NCBI RefSeq assembly: GCF_009914755.1
Contig: NC_060929.1
Direction: 5' to 3' (one strand)
Source: the human T2T-CHM13v2.0 reference genome, Homo sapiens
Length of the DNA stretch: 64,000 bases
This document shows, in pieces, positions 14,328-28,600 of the stretch; position 1 is the first letter of the stretch, and each line of letters starts with the position of its first letter. The position numbers and the translations under genes were made by a program. The notes under the pieces were generated by a model, which saw only the letters and a list, made by a program, of their open reading frames with translations, did not search any database and was not told the origin of the DNA.

Positions 14328-14905
14328 AATTATCTTTAAATATTGCTCTGTTTCTATTATTTTTGTTATTACTTTATCCTAACAATATCTGTCAGATGTC
14401 ACAAAGATTTATTAAGACCAAATATTACATTAAACTTATGTGTGGATTTGTACTCGCACCTGTGAAAGTCACCTGCCTGAGTCATGGGCAGAGACATGAT
14501 GTCTCTTTTCTGCTTGAGCCAGACAAAACGGGTTTTATTCTTCCTCCCTCCCTCTCCTACTTCCTTCCTTTCTACCTTCTTTCCTTCTTTCATTAAGCTA
14601 TTCTGTAGTCTCCATTATAAAAAACTATCTTACTCATAGATTTTTCCTTTTGTACTCTCAAGAACATATTTCCTTCATGTTCCTAGTTCAGTGTTAAAAT
14701 CTCAGCTTTTAATTTGAAAACTTACCTTTGTGTTTAATTATCACCCACCCCAGTGCTAATGTAGCATCAGTTTTAGTGCTTATTTCCTTTTGTCAACTAA
14801 CAGTTTCTCTTTCCTTCTTTAATCTCATTATATATTTTAATATGCTAAATTATATTTTATCCAACATTTCCTATGTATTTAAAATAGCACAAAAAGAACC
14901 ATCCG

Positions 14906-14963
14906 TGTTTATTCTGACATGTTGGTAAAATAGTATGTTTAGTCTGACATGTTGGTAAAATAG
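14906..14963. repeat. Tandem duplication, period 30
   Basis: tgttta(t/g)tctgacatgttggtaaaatag occurs twice. Confidence 0.9.
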
Positions 14964-17719
14964 GAAATCGACATATTGTTACATCCTATGCTGATATTAA
15001 GATCTATTTTTATCTTCATAAGTTATAGGATGAAACTGGCATACATCGATGGACTTTCAGGGATTTTAAGACCACTGACTAGGAATATTTGAAAGAATAA
15101 AACTCATTTCATGTCAGTTAATTACTGTATATATTTATCTCTGCCACTCAGGGATCACAAATTCTGTTAGACTGTAAGAACTACAATCCTTGATATAGTT
15201 CAATGTATATGAGCAGTTTAAAGTCTGATTATCATATATTTCTTTATATATAACAATATATATTTAAGATGCTTTCTTGAGTCTATTTTAATACTTCGAT
15301 ATTTAATATTTATTGTATTCTGTAATCTTTCTGATTACATCACTAACAACTCTAACAAATTATATTCATATTATGTGTTAATTCAGCAGATTTATTTCTT
15401 CTATAGGCCTTTCTGTTTGTTTAAAAAGACTATATTTTCTGCTACTTTTGATTTTACTTTTAAATATGAAAAACTACAAGTTAACTAGATGTTTATACCA
15501 GGCATAGAAGAGGGCAAAACAATTCTGCATAACTGTTTAAAATATAAAATATAGCTAATTGCAATAATTACTATCAGAAATTATTTGTATGCTCTTCTAA
15601 TTAAAATAAATACTTCTAAAACTTCTCAACTTTTGTCTATAAGATGTCATGTCAGTATTGTTTTTCTTCATTGTTTTAGCAAATATAATAACATCTAATG
15701 TATCTATGATTGCCAAATTATTGAATGACATTTTTTAATGGTACTTACTTGATTAAAATAAATTACATTCAATGTGTTTCCAAATTTTAAAATAATCTAT
15801 ACATATCAAACTTTTTGAAATGCATAGAATTATGTTAAGAAAATTTTCTATTATAATTAAATAATATGCATAAATCATATATTTAAATCATACAATTGAT
15901 TATATAATTCTATAAAAAAAGCCTTGGCCTTTTTAAAGAAACTTAATTATTATTATTTTTTGCTACATCAGCTGTTGTGCTTTAATTTTTCTATCCTAAA
16001 TTTCTAGAATATTATTATACACTATGTAATAATTATATATGATTATGATTGAAGTTCAAATGATTTAAACTTTTAAGATTCAATATAAGGCATTAACTTT
16101 TTTGTTGTTTTTATCATAATGCTATACTGAACTGAACTGAAACGTTGTTTTACTGTAGGGTGGCATATTTAGACTAATTCATGACATCTTAGCAAAACTA
16201 AGAAACATTGTTATATAGACCTTCAATATACTAGATAACAGTACAATATGTTCACTTTATTTTTTATTTTCTGAATAACAAAAATTGAATTAATGCCATC
16301 ATGTCAGGTTTTGATAGTTTTTGACAGTAAATAAGACAGTAAAATATAACTATGAAATATATTCTGAAGCATTTGGTTGTGTACTTTAACCTTTTTAGTA
16401 TTCTGTATTTCAACAGATGGTCATTCTAGCTCTTCTCAACAGGGGTTTGAGTTTTTAAATAGGAGAGAAATGTCCATCCAATCAAATTCAGCGTTCCGAA
16501 AAGGTCAATTAGTATAGTACATGGCAGCTATTCTCAGAATGTATTCAACATTAGCAATCTGACAGGTTATTGTTTTGACACAATGTAAGACAACTTTCCA
16601 CATGAGAAAGCTTTTAACAAGGAAGAAAAATGCAAGTCATTTGACAATTTTCATTACAACCTTTGCTAACACACAAATCATGGAGAACTCAAATACTGTA
16701 ATATTATTTACCTTTAAAAATATGTTCTAAAAATTGAAATATTCACTCAATTTTATACTTACCAGTCATTTTATATCTCTTGACCTATTTTTAAATTTGT
16801 TATTTGAATCTTGAAAATGATATGTGTATTGCACATTCAATATCACTTTTGTAAAAAGAATTAGTTTTAAATGTTATTCAAATTTTTTAAGGCAGCATTA
16901 CTCTTTATAGAAAAAAGTTCACAATAGAAAATTTTGACAAAATAAACCATATAGAAAGATTTAAATTTGTTTATCTTTAAAATACAATTCTAAAATAGGC
17001 TTTAAGTTTTCTTATTATTTATGTTATATTTTTACATTTAATATTTATCATTTTACTATTCTGTAACTTTCCTTTAAATATTATATTTATAATTGCTTGT
17101 ATTTTTGACTAATTCAAAATTGTGATATTTTATGGGCCTATGTTTGCCGTTCATATAACAATATACTGTTAAGATCTTTCTTTCCTCATAATGACAGTAT
17201 ATTTTCATCATCATCTCTACAGTGTTAATTAGCAACAGCAGCAAAAAAATAGAATTCTTCACATGCATTAATAAAATACACAGTAAGATATGCCTCATAA
17301 AAAGTGAAATGTATAAAATATAACAACTTAGAAACATTTCTTGTTTCCTGTACTTCACTGCATATATCCCAAAAAAGACATAATAATAGCACTTAAAAGT
17401 TTGGGTTGGATTGCATTTGTCTAATAAATATAAAATAAATAAAATACTGTCAGGGTTACTGTTTGCATTTTATGTAGGCCACAGAAAATTACAGAGGCTC
17501 ATAGTCATTTTCAAGTTATGTATTCCTTCTTTATTTATGTTACTATTGCTCCATGTTTCACTATATAATGTCTTGAAAGAGAAGGAAATAATTTTCTAAA
17601 ACAATAAAAAGTCTATATTTTTAATATAAAGCAGGAATAGGAACTATGCACATGGACATCAGGACAGCAAGCCAATGGCTACTTTTTGGGAAAGAAGTAA
17701 TTGATAAGAAGTGGGCCTG

Positions 17720-18022
<303 letters not shown>

Positions 18023-18269
18023 TTAGCATGTTCAGTAACACTTTATATTCTAAAAAACATTCTCAGTAAGTATAGTATCTTATTATATATGTTCTCATTT
18101 CTCGAATATTTTCTGGAACTTTTTTATTGCTTAAAGTATTTTTTAGTTAAAAAATTAAAAAGCAAAAGGAACACAGATTTTATTTGCATGTGTAAGGTAT
18201 ATTTAAAAAATAATTATAGTACAGGATTCCAGTATGTATGTATGCAATTAGTGATGACAGAGACGAAAG

Positions 18270-18700
18270 AGTGAGGATTCTATCTTGTGGGCTTGGTGTC
18301 AGGGAAGACTTCAGAGTGGTTGAATGAAATTTGAGGGAGAGTTGACATTCTCAGAAAGAGCATTCTAACCGTACAGGAAAGTTGTGAAAAAGCTAAACGT
18401 TTTTGGTCACACAATCTCCTACTTCTTTGGAAGAGATAAGTAGGGAGGTTAGATTGATGAATGAATAGATGTGGGCCACCTATGTTCAATACTTCAGAAT
18501 TGCACGTTCAACACTTCAGAAATTTAAACAAACAAACAAAAAAAACCCTTAATGAATTTAAATTATAGTCTCTTGAGATCAGATTTGTTTATGTTAGAAA
18601 ACACATTTGGAAGCAGTGTGAAAGAGGGAATATGCAGGGAAGAACTAAGGCAAACAGATGAATTGGTGAGAGAAGTAGGAAAAGAAGAGGCCACAAAATA
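18270..18700 (-). mobile_element. Probable L2 fragment
   Basis: Purine-rich L2-like stretch ('tcagggaagacttcagag', 'atcagatttgtttatgttagaaa'). Confidence 0.45.
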
Positions 18701-18716
18701 ATTTAAAGAGTAGCTG

Positions 18717-19065
18717 AGTATAAAAAAGAACAGGATCATGTCTTTTGAGGAAACATGAGTGGAGCTGGAGGTTATTATCCTTAACGAACTAACAGAGGAA
18801 CAGAAAACTAAATACCACATGTTCTCACTTGTAAGTAGGAGCTAAATGATAAGAACTTAGGAATACAAAGAAGGAAACAACAGACATGGGAGTCCACTTG
18901 AGCCAGGAGGGTGGAAAGAGGGAGAGGAACAGGAAAGATAACTGTTGGATACTGGGCTTAATACCTGGGTGATGAAATAATTTGTTTAAGAAACCCTTGT
19001 GACACGTGTTTACCTGTGTAACAAACCTACACATGTACCCCTGACCTAAAATAAAAGTTAAAAAA
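18717..19065 (+). mobile_element. 5'-truncated L1 3' end (L1PA16-like)
   Basis: 3'UTR ending 'acaaacctacacatgtacccctgacctaaaataaaagttaaaa'; TSD aaagagt(a/g)gctg. Confidence 0.88.
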
Positions 19066-20123
19066 AAAAGAGTGGCTGGAAAGGAGTTACCAGCTAAATC
19101 CTGATTTTTGCAGGTACGTATTCAGTTAGGGAAGCTGTTTTAATTTTAAAAAGGCAAAATTATCCATATTAAGTTAAGATAAACTGAATACATACTGAAA
19201 ATTAGAAACTAAATCACACAAATTAATAATTTTTAAAAGCTGAAAAATACAAAAAATATTGCAAACCCCCAGAACATAAACATATTTTCATTAACTTTCT
19301 GATCCTTTTCCTTCATTCGTATCTTTTTTTCTTGACTCTTTATGAAAAGTTTAGTGATTTAATTATTTTATGTTCTATTCTGAGAACAGATAATTAACTC
19401 AGTCTTTTCTACATCATAATTGATTCAAATTGCTTTTATTAAAATTAAATTTTTATTGATGTCATTGGTAATTTTATGAAAAATTGTCCACTTGTCAAAT
19501 TTGAGAAAATCGTATCAGAGTTTTTCTTATGTTTGCTTTAATATATTAGGTGGTTACAGCTTTTCTTGATCCTAATTAATTTTAAATATTTTGTAAGTAG
19601 ATAACCAAAGGGCTAGTGTCTTTTTAGAAACTGGGGAGGACTTGCAAGTGAAGGACCATACATTTAGGCTTTATTAGCTTCATGGCAAATCTCATTTCTC
19701 TAGTAGGATACACATTTTAGAAACATCTAAAAGTCTAAGATGATTTCCACACTTCTAGAATGAACAACTGTGAAAATAAACATCAACACAGGGTGTTCCT
19801 AATGTTGTTACAACATGAAAGAGCTAAGATATTCTATATTTAATTTCTTTTACTCTAATTTTTCTATGATTTTAAGGATCATTATTTAAAAAATAATCTA
19901 TACCACAATTGGAAGTTGTTTCCCCATATTTTCCAAGTTTGAATTAAATGATTCCCACTCCCATCTTATGATGTCTTCCTAAACAATTCTATTTTCTGCT
20001 TCTATAGCAAAGAAATGAAATGTGGTTAAAAATACATCAAGTTTATTTTGTTCATTTGTTTGTTTTTATATTTTACAATACATGGCACCCTAGTAGAAGA
20101 TAAACTGTACAGATTAACTTGTG

Positions 20124-20412
20124 GGCCGTGCGCGGTGGCTCACACCTGTAATCCCAGCACTTTGGGAGGCCAAGGCGGGTGGATCACGAGGTCAGGAGAT
20201 CGAGACCATCCTGGCTAACACGGTGAAACCCTGTCTCTGCTAAAAATACAAAAAATTAGCTGGGCGTGGTGGCAGGCACCTGCAGTCCCAGCTACTCAGG
20301 AGGCTGAGGCAGGAGAACAGCATGAACCCTGGAGGCGGAGCTTGCAGTGAGCCGAGATCGCGCCCCCGCACTCCAGCCTGGGTGGCGGAGCGAGAAAACA
20401 AACAACAAAAAA
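20124..20412 (+). mobile_element. AluY-type SINE
   Basis: Y diagnostics 'gatcacgagg', 'gagatcgagaccatcctggctaacacgg', 'gagcttgcag'; perfect TSD aacttgtg; lacks the terminal 'actccgtctc'. Confidence 0.95.
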
Positions 20413-20549
20413 AACTTGTGTGTGTGTGTTTGTATGTGCATTTTCTGTTGTTACATCCTTTAGACAATAGTAGTCAGTGTATTTTGACCTTGGCGTTTTA
20501 TCAGTAAGATTTTTCTGAATGTTTTGGTCACATTTTCACATTTTTAACT

Positions 20550-20776
20550 TCTGTGATATATATATCTGTGATACATATATATCTCTGTGAGAGATATATA
20601 TAAACAAACAAAAAACCCTTCATGAATTTAAATTATAGTCTCTTGACTACATGCATATATATGGACACATATATATGCACTCACACATACATATATACAC
20701 ACATATGCATACATATGTAGACACGCACATATGTATGCACTGATATGTATAAATATATGCACATATGCCTATACAT
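20550..20776. repeat. Degenerate (TA/CA)n low-complexity tract
   Basis: Three 'ctgtga...tatatat' units followed by (catata)-type repeats. Confidence 0.85.
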
Positions 20777-22002
20777 TTTAAGCAGTTTTATTCATATACT
20801 GGTATACTAGAAAGTATACCCATTTGACAAGTACAATTCAATGGTTTTAGTATATTTACAGCTGTGCAACCATCACCTTGTTTGTTTCTATAAAACTAAA
20901 ATTGTGCAGTCATTACTATTTACATGTTGAGGGACTTTATATTTTGTCAGATCTCTGTTGTAAGTTTTGACACCACAGACATTTCCTTGATTTTTTTTTC
21001 TGTGATACTTTTGTTTGTTTTTATCTCTGTGAATATATTTAGATTTAGATACTTGTAAGTTGAAAAATTGCCATCTTATTTACATTTATTTTGGGAGATT
21101 TGTTCTTTGAAGTCTCAATTCCATATTCAATATCAAAAGAATATAACGATTACTTTCATGTCATACTTTTCTATCCAAAAATGTTAAATAGTCTGAGTTA
21201 TTATTAGAAAACACTGCTGGCAAATGGCAAAGACATTTTCTTTTCCATGTTGCAGAGTTCTTCTGTGTAATTGAAACCATGTACAGGGCTTACCATGTCA
21301 GAGTAAAACAATAAAGTAGTTGGAGGTTACTTCAGAATCTCACCCATTAATCTGTCACTTATAATACGATGCTATGAGAAATATGGTGCCTTAATTATTA
21401 CAATAAAGTGTAGCTTATGATGATGTGAATAGATGGTTGAGGTGAACTGAAAGCATTAACATTTAAAGGGAAAGATATTAAAGAACTTAGGAGCAGAATT
21501 TTGGAGTCCCTGTCTCTGTGGATACTAAACTCACCAAGAATTATGATGAGAATTGAGTTGCACAAAGCTATAACAAACCAACAATTAAAATTTTCAAGAA
21601 TTGTTGGGGGCAGAGTCTATAGTCTATTGATGAGAGTAATGAGAAAGTACTACTACAAAACATGCCTACCCTCTTTCTAACATGCCTGGTTTTCTGTTCA
21701 ATCTCCCATATATTCTTTGGTTCTTGTCAGAAACATTATTGATTAGTATGACACATCTCCTTTATTGATTGCATTTTGCATGTGACTTTGTGTTGTAATC
21801 ATAAAACACAAAAGTCAGTGTAAATAGATTAAACATTAGCAGATACTCTCTATGAAAGTGTACAAATCCTTATGACTTAACATTAATTTACCTTATTTTT
21901 CAAATTTAATTTATTGCCTAACCAAAAAGAAATATCAATTACAACAATGTCAACAAATCATGGTTAGTTGCAAATATGAAGTCTGAACAATAAATGGATG
22001 GG

Positions 22003-22486
22003 TGTAATAATTAAGGCACCACATAAGAATGGGCCTTTGGCCTGGATTACTTCCTTACCAAGAGATAAAAAAAATCTCCACAGCCTGTGTGGGATTTACC
22101 ACATTTTATGAGAATATCTATCCCTGCTTCTGATTCAATGTGTACTCTTTATTCTGCTTAAGTGTATGCATGGTGTGTCACCTGGCCAACCCCACTACCA
22201 AATTTGTCTTTTGCAGATAAGGAAGAGTCAGTGTCTTTCTACTGCAGCACACAAGGAATGCACCAAGGCCAACTCACTTGCCCTGTGTGAGCTGCCAGGA
22301 GGGACCAGCTGGCCGAGGGAACTTATCCCCACTACTAAAACTAATCTTGTTCTGTCTCTTCTCTATGTAAGTAAACCATTGTGCAATGGAGTGCATGACT
22401 GACTGTATCGTGTTTTATTTGGTGCCTCTAATACCCGATGCAGTGGGTAGAATTGATCTGACTTCTACTCCTGATAATAGGCAACA
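22003..22486 (+). mobile_element. Probable old ERVL-class solo LTR
   Basis: About 480-bp GC-richer block with TG...CA ends and an 'agtaaa' poly(A)-like signal; family not identified and no clear TSD. Confidence 0.45.
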
Positions 22487-22489
22487 GGT

Positions 22490-23660
22490 GACATTTGCTC
22501 AACACTTACTCCTAACAAACAACTTCAGTACTCCAATATCTCATAAAAAAATAATCTTCTTCATCTCTCTAATATCTAAAAGCTTGAGTGATACAGAAGA
22601 GCTCACTCTCTCCTTGGTGATCTCATGCAATCTCATGGCTTTAAATGCCATCTCTATGCAAACAAATCTGGGATGCTAACACTATCCTTGGAATTAGAGT
22701 TTAACTTCAAGAAACGTACCCTGAACTCCAGACCACTTACACTACTACTCCATTTAAATGTCGAAAAGACACCACACATCTACATATCAATACCAAAACT
22801 TTTGATCTTTATTCTACCTCCAAGCTTTCTCCTTTTCAGTCTACTTCATTTTAGTAAGCAGATTCCCCTCTGTGGTTCTCCATTGTTTATGGGAAAAACA
22901 TAGATTCACTGCTGCTACTGTTCTGTTTCATACTGACTTGTAATCCCTTAGTATACTCCATGGCCCCTGTTTTCCAGAATCTCACCATTCCTAGCCACCT
23001 TTATTGCTCCCACCTTGCTTCAAGCTAAAACTTATCACCTAATTATTGCAACAGCATACTAAATATTCTTCTTGCTCATAAGTTACCCCTTTTTCAACAG
23101 TTATCAACCCAGAGTCAAATATTTACAAAAGTATTCAGATCAATGAACATTATGCTTTGTGGGTGGCTTCTAATATAACAGGAAGTTAAAAAAAATTCTT
23201 ACATTGAACCATGATGCTCTCGGTATTCTTACACCTGCTAATGTTCCATCAGTTTCTTTAAGCATTTTCCTATTTCTCATGACACTGTTCAGACATTGAC
23301 CCCCTTGCAACTCCTTAGAAATGCAAAAACAATCAAACAAACCAAAACTAAAACTCTTGACTCAGTAACCTGTTCATTCAGTTCCTTTGGCCTAGACTAT
23401 CCTGTACTTCTTTCTGTTCTTGCATCTAAGTATGAGCTTATGAATTCAGCTTGTCTGACTATGAAAATTATTAGGCCCTTTCAACTCAATAACAGCTCTA
23501 TCTTTGTCCTTTTTATATTCACAAGCATTGTACACAAAATATATATTATTTTATAAGTTCATCATTGATCTTTTCTCCTAGAATGAAAGTCTCATGAAGG
23601 AAGAACCTTTCCGTACCCCTTAGTGTACTGTAGTTGCTCAATAATTTGATACAAGTGTAC
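22490..23660 (+). mobile_element. L2 (3' portion)
   Basis: 'ccttggtgatctcatgcaatctcatggctttaaatgccatct' through 'gttgctcaataatttg' are typical of the L2 3' region. Confidence 0.7.
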
Positions 23661-24339
23661 ACGTTTACTATTATCTCTTGACATAAGGCATTTGAATTCT
23701 AGTCTATAAACAGTTATTCCATAAATAAGGTCAATTCACAAATTTTATTTCCTACTGTACACTAGACATCATTTAAAGTACCAGGAATATTAATATAATG
23801 TTGAACAAATTTCTGATAGTCATTTATCTCATATTCTAAAATTTTTTAAGAAGATAACAAACAAAACACAAATGAATGAATAATAACATTTCTAATGCTT
23901 GTAAGACAAACCAAATACATAACAAATGAATGAGTGATAATGCAATATGACAGGCTTTTCAATGAGACTTCTATAAGGATATGAAATTGAGCTAAGAACT
24001 GCATGACCAGAAAGTGTAAGTGCTTTCCAGGGGAAGACAACAAAGTATAAATACCCTGATGTAGAAAGCAGCCAAATTCTAATGTAGACCAGACCCCCAT
24101 ATTTACAAAATCCCCAACAAATATTGTTTTCATATTTTACATCAGAGCATCAAATACAATTCTTGCAACAAAACTGGAAAGAAAGATGTATAGAAGATAT
24201 TCAATATTATACTGGTATCAGGAAGAAAATGCTGTGATAAGACTATGAGCTTGACATATAATAGGGATTACATGTGCTTTTGGTGACATGAATGCTATTC
24301 TAGATTTTACTCTCTCTTTTGTATGGAGCAATGCAGAAA

Positions 24340-24690
24340 TATGTGAGCGTATAGGTGATCCTTCAAGATCACTAAGAGCTCTGGTGCCTTCTCTATTATT
24401 AATTACCCTGTCATCAACTACAATTTGTCCTCATCTATGTGATCAGAGTATGAAGAGAAGTGGAGGGAAAGCTGTATCATTTTAAATGTATAACACCGAA
24501 GTTGCAAATATTCATTTTCTTCACATCACTGGTCAGAATTTAGTCATATGGCCAAATTTGCTGCACATGAGGTTATGATATGGAAACTGTTTTTAGTGTT
24601 CATACACAAAGCTAAAATTTGGAGATTTTTTTCACTAATGATTAAAGGTAGAATATAGACTGTAAAACAATTAGAGGTTTCTGACCAACC
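24340..24690 (-). mobile_element. Old MLT1 (J/K-like) LTR fragment
   Basis: 'ctggtcagaatttagtcatatggcc' motif. Confidence 0.5.
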
Positions 24691-24862
24691 TTGAACCACT
24701 GCCACTGTCATGATACTGACATTTCCAGCACTCCAAATAAGATCCCACATACCTTATTGCAATCAATCCCCTTTACTCACCTTCTTGACCTTGTATCACT
24801 GTGGCTTTCAATTTTTCAGAATTTCAAAAACATGGAATCAAACAGCATTTGCTGTTTTGTGA

Positions 24863-25111
<249 letters not shown>

Positions 25112-25613
25112 TGATTGCTGAGTGCTTACTATTCCATGTATTTACCTCAATATGCGTATCCACTAGTTGGTGTACATTAGGGATGTCTCTAGGTTTTGCT
25201 TCCATTAGTCAAGTTGCTAAAACACAAGTCTTGGTATAGACATATTTTTTCACTCCGTTTGGGTAAACATGTAGGAATGTGGTTGGTGAGTCATAGGGTA
25301 GATATGCATTTGCCTTTATAGGAAACCCCCAAACAATTTTCCAAAGTGGCCATACCATTGTGCATTTTCAACAACAACATATGAGTTTCACTTTTTATGC
25401 ATTTTTTTAAAATTATACTTTAAGTTTCCTGTACATGTGCACAAAGTGCAGGTTTGTTACATATGTATACATGTGCCATGTTGGTTTGCTGCACCCTTAA
25501 CTCGCCATTTACATTAGGTATTTCTTCTAATGCTCTCCCTCCCCCATCCCCCCACCGCACAACAGGCCCTGGTGTGTGATGTTCCCCGCCCTGTGTCCAG
25601 GTGTTCTCACTGT

Positions 25614-28600
25614 TCAGTTCTTACCTATGAGTGGGAACACGTGGTGTTTGGTTTTCTGTCTTTGCGATAGTTTGCTCAGAATGATAGTTTCGAGCTTCAT
25701 CCATGTCACTACAAAGGACATGAACTCATCCTTTTTGATGGCTGCATAGTATTCCATGGTGTATATGTGCCACATTTTCTTAATCCAGTCTATCATTGAT
25801 GGATATTTGGGTGGGTTCCAAGTCTTTGCTATTATGAATGGTGCCGCAATAAACATACATGTGCGTGTGTTTTTATAGCAGCATGATTTATAATTCTTTG
25901 GGTATATACCCAGTAATGGCATGGCCGGGTCAAATGGTATTTCTAGTTCTAGATCCTTGAGGAATCGCCACACTGTCTTTCACAATGGTTGAACTAGTTT
26001 ATACTCCCACCAGCAGTGTAAAAGCATTCCTATTTCTCCACATCCTCTCCAGCATCTGCTGTTTCCTGATTTTTCAATGATTGCCATTCTACCTGGTGTG
26101 AGATGGTATCTCATTGTGGTTTTGGTGTGCATTTTTCTGATGACCAGCGATGATGAGCGTTTTTTCATGTGTCTGTTGGCTGCATAAATGTCTTCTTTTG
26201 AACAGTGTCTGTTCATATCCTTTGCCCAATTTTTGATGGGGTTGTTTGATTTTTTTCTTGTAAATTTGTTTAAGTTCTTTGTAGATTCTGGATATTAGCC
26301 CTTTGTCAGATGGGTAGATTGCAAAACTTTTCTCCCATTCTGTAGGTTGCATGTTCACGCTGATGACAGCTTCTTTTGCTGTGCAGAAGCTCTTTAGTTT
26401 AATTAGATCCCATTTGTCTATTTTGGCTTTTATTGCTATTGCTTTTGGTGTTTTAGTTATGAAGTCCTTGCCCATGGTTATGTCCTGAATGGTATTGCCT
26501 AGGTTTTCTTCTAGGGTTTTTGTGGTTTTAGGTCTGACATGTAAGTCTTTAATCCATCTTGAATTAATTTTTGTATAAGGTGTAAGGAATGGATCCAGTT
26601 TCAGCTTCCTACATATGGCTAGCCAGTTTTCCCAGCAACATTTATTAAATAGGGAATCCTTTCCCCATTTCTTGTTTTTGTCAGGTTTTTCAGAGATCAG
26701 ATAGTTGTAGATGTGTGTTGTTATTTCTGAGGCCTCTGTTCTGTTCCATTGGTCTATATCTCTGTTTTGGTACCAGTACCATGCTGTTTTGGTTACTGTA
26801 GACTTGTAGTATAGTTTGAAGTCAGGTAGTGTGATGCTTCCAGCTTTGTTCTTTTGGCGTAAGATTGTCTTGGCAATGCAGCCTCTTTTTGGGTTCCATA
26901 TGAACTTTAAAGTAGCTTTTTCCAATTCTGTGAAGAAAGTCATTGGTAGCTTGATGGGGATGGCATTGAATCTATAAATTACCTTGGGCAGTATGGCCAT
27001 TTTCACAATATTGATTCTTCCTACCCATGCGCATGGAATGTTCTTCCATTTGTTTGTGTCCTCTTTTATTTCGTTGAGCAGTAGTTTGTAGTTCTCCTTG
27101 AAGAGGGCCTTCACATCCCTTGTAAGTTGGATTCCTAGGTATTTTATTCTCTTTGTAGCACTTGTGAATGGGAGTTCACTGATGATTTGGCTCTCTGTCT
27201 GTTATTGGTGTATAAGAATGCTTGGGATTTTCGCACATTGATTTTGTATCCTAAGACTTTGCTGAAGGTGCCTATCAGCTTAAGGAGATTTTGGGCTGAG
27301 ACGATGGGGTTTTCTAAATATATAATCATGTCATCTGCAAACAGGGACAATTTGACTTTCTCTTTTCCTAATTGAATACCCTTTCTTTCTTTCTCCTGCC
27401 TGATTTTCCTGGCCAGAACTTCCAACACTCTGTTGAATAGGGGTGGTGAGAGAGGGCATCCCTGTCTTGTGCCAGTTTTCAAAGGGAATGCTTCCAGTTT
27501 TTGCCCATTCAGTATGATACTGGCTGTTGGTTTGTCATAAATAGCTCTTATTATTTTGAGATACATTCTGTCAATACCTAGTTTATTGAGAGTTTTTAGC
27601 ATGAAGGCTGTTGAATTTTTTTGAAGGCCTTTTCTGCGTCTATTGAGATAATCATGTGGTTTTTGTCTTTGATTCTGTTTATGTGATGGATTTTGTTTAT
27701 TAATTTGCGTATGTTGACCCAGCTTTCCATCCTAGGGATGAAGCCAACTTGATCTTGGTGGATAAGCTTTTTGATGTGCTGCTGGATTCGGTTTGCCAGT
27801 ATTTTATTGAGGATTTTTGCACAGATGTTCATCAGGGATATTGGTCTAAAATTCTCTTTTTTTGTTGTGTCTCTGTCAGGCTTTGGTATCAGGATGATGC
27901 TGGTCTCATAAAATGAGTTAGGGAGGATTCCCTCTTTTTCTATTTGTTGGAATAATTTCAGAAGGAATGGTACCAGTTCCTCTTTGTACCTCTGGTAGAA
28001 TTTGGCTGTGAATCTGTCTGGTCCTGGACTTTTTTTGGTTGGTAGGCTATTAATTATTGCCTCAATTTCAGAGCTTGTTATTGGTCTATTCAGGGATTCA
28101 GTTTCTTCCTGGTTTACTCTTGGGAGGGTGTATGTGTCCAGGAAGTGTTTTTTGTGTCTCTATCTCTTTCAGTTCTGTTCTGATCTTAGTTATTTCTTGC
28201 TGTCTGCTAGCTTTTGAATTTGTTTGCTCTTGCTTCTTTTGTTCTTTTAATTGTGATGTTAGGGTGTCAGTTTTAGATCTTTCCTGCTTTCTCTTGTGGG
28301 CATTTAGTGCTATAAATTTCCCTCTACACACTGCTTTAAATGTGTCGCAGAGATTCTGGTATGTTGTGTCTTTGTTCTCATTGGTTTCAAAGAACATCTT
28401 TATTTGTGCCTTCATTTCATTATTTACCCAGTAGTCATTCAGGAGCAGGTTGTTCAGTTTCCATGTAGTTGTGTGGTTTTGAGTGAGTTTCTTAGTCCTG
28501 ATTTCAAATTTGATTGCACTGTGGTCTGAGAGACAGTTTGTTATAACTTCTTTTCTTTTATATTTGCTGAGGAGTGCTTTACTTCCAACTATGTTGTCAA

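Noticed and set aside
26089-27114. Longest ORF (341 aa) as a host gene
   Set aside because: It is an L1 ORF2 fragment that frameshifts near its end; the element has stops and deletions and cannot be active.
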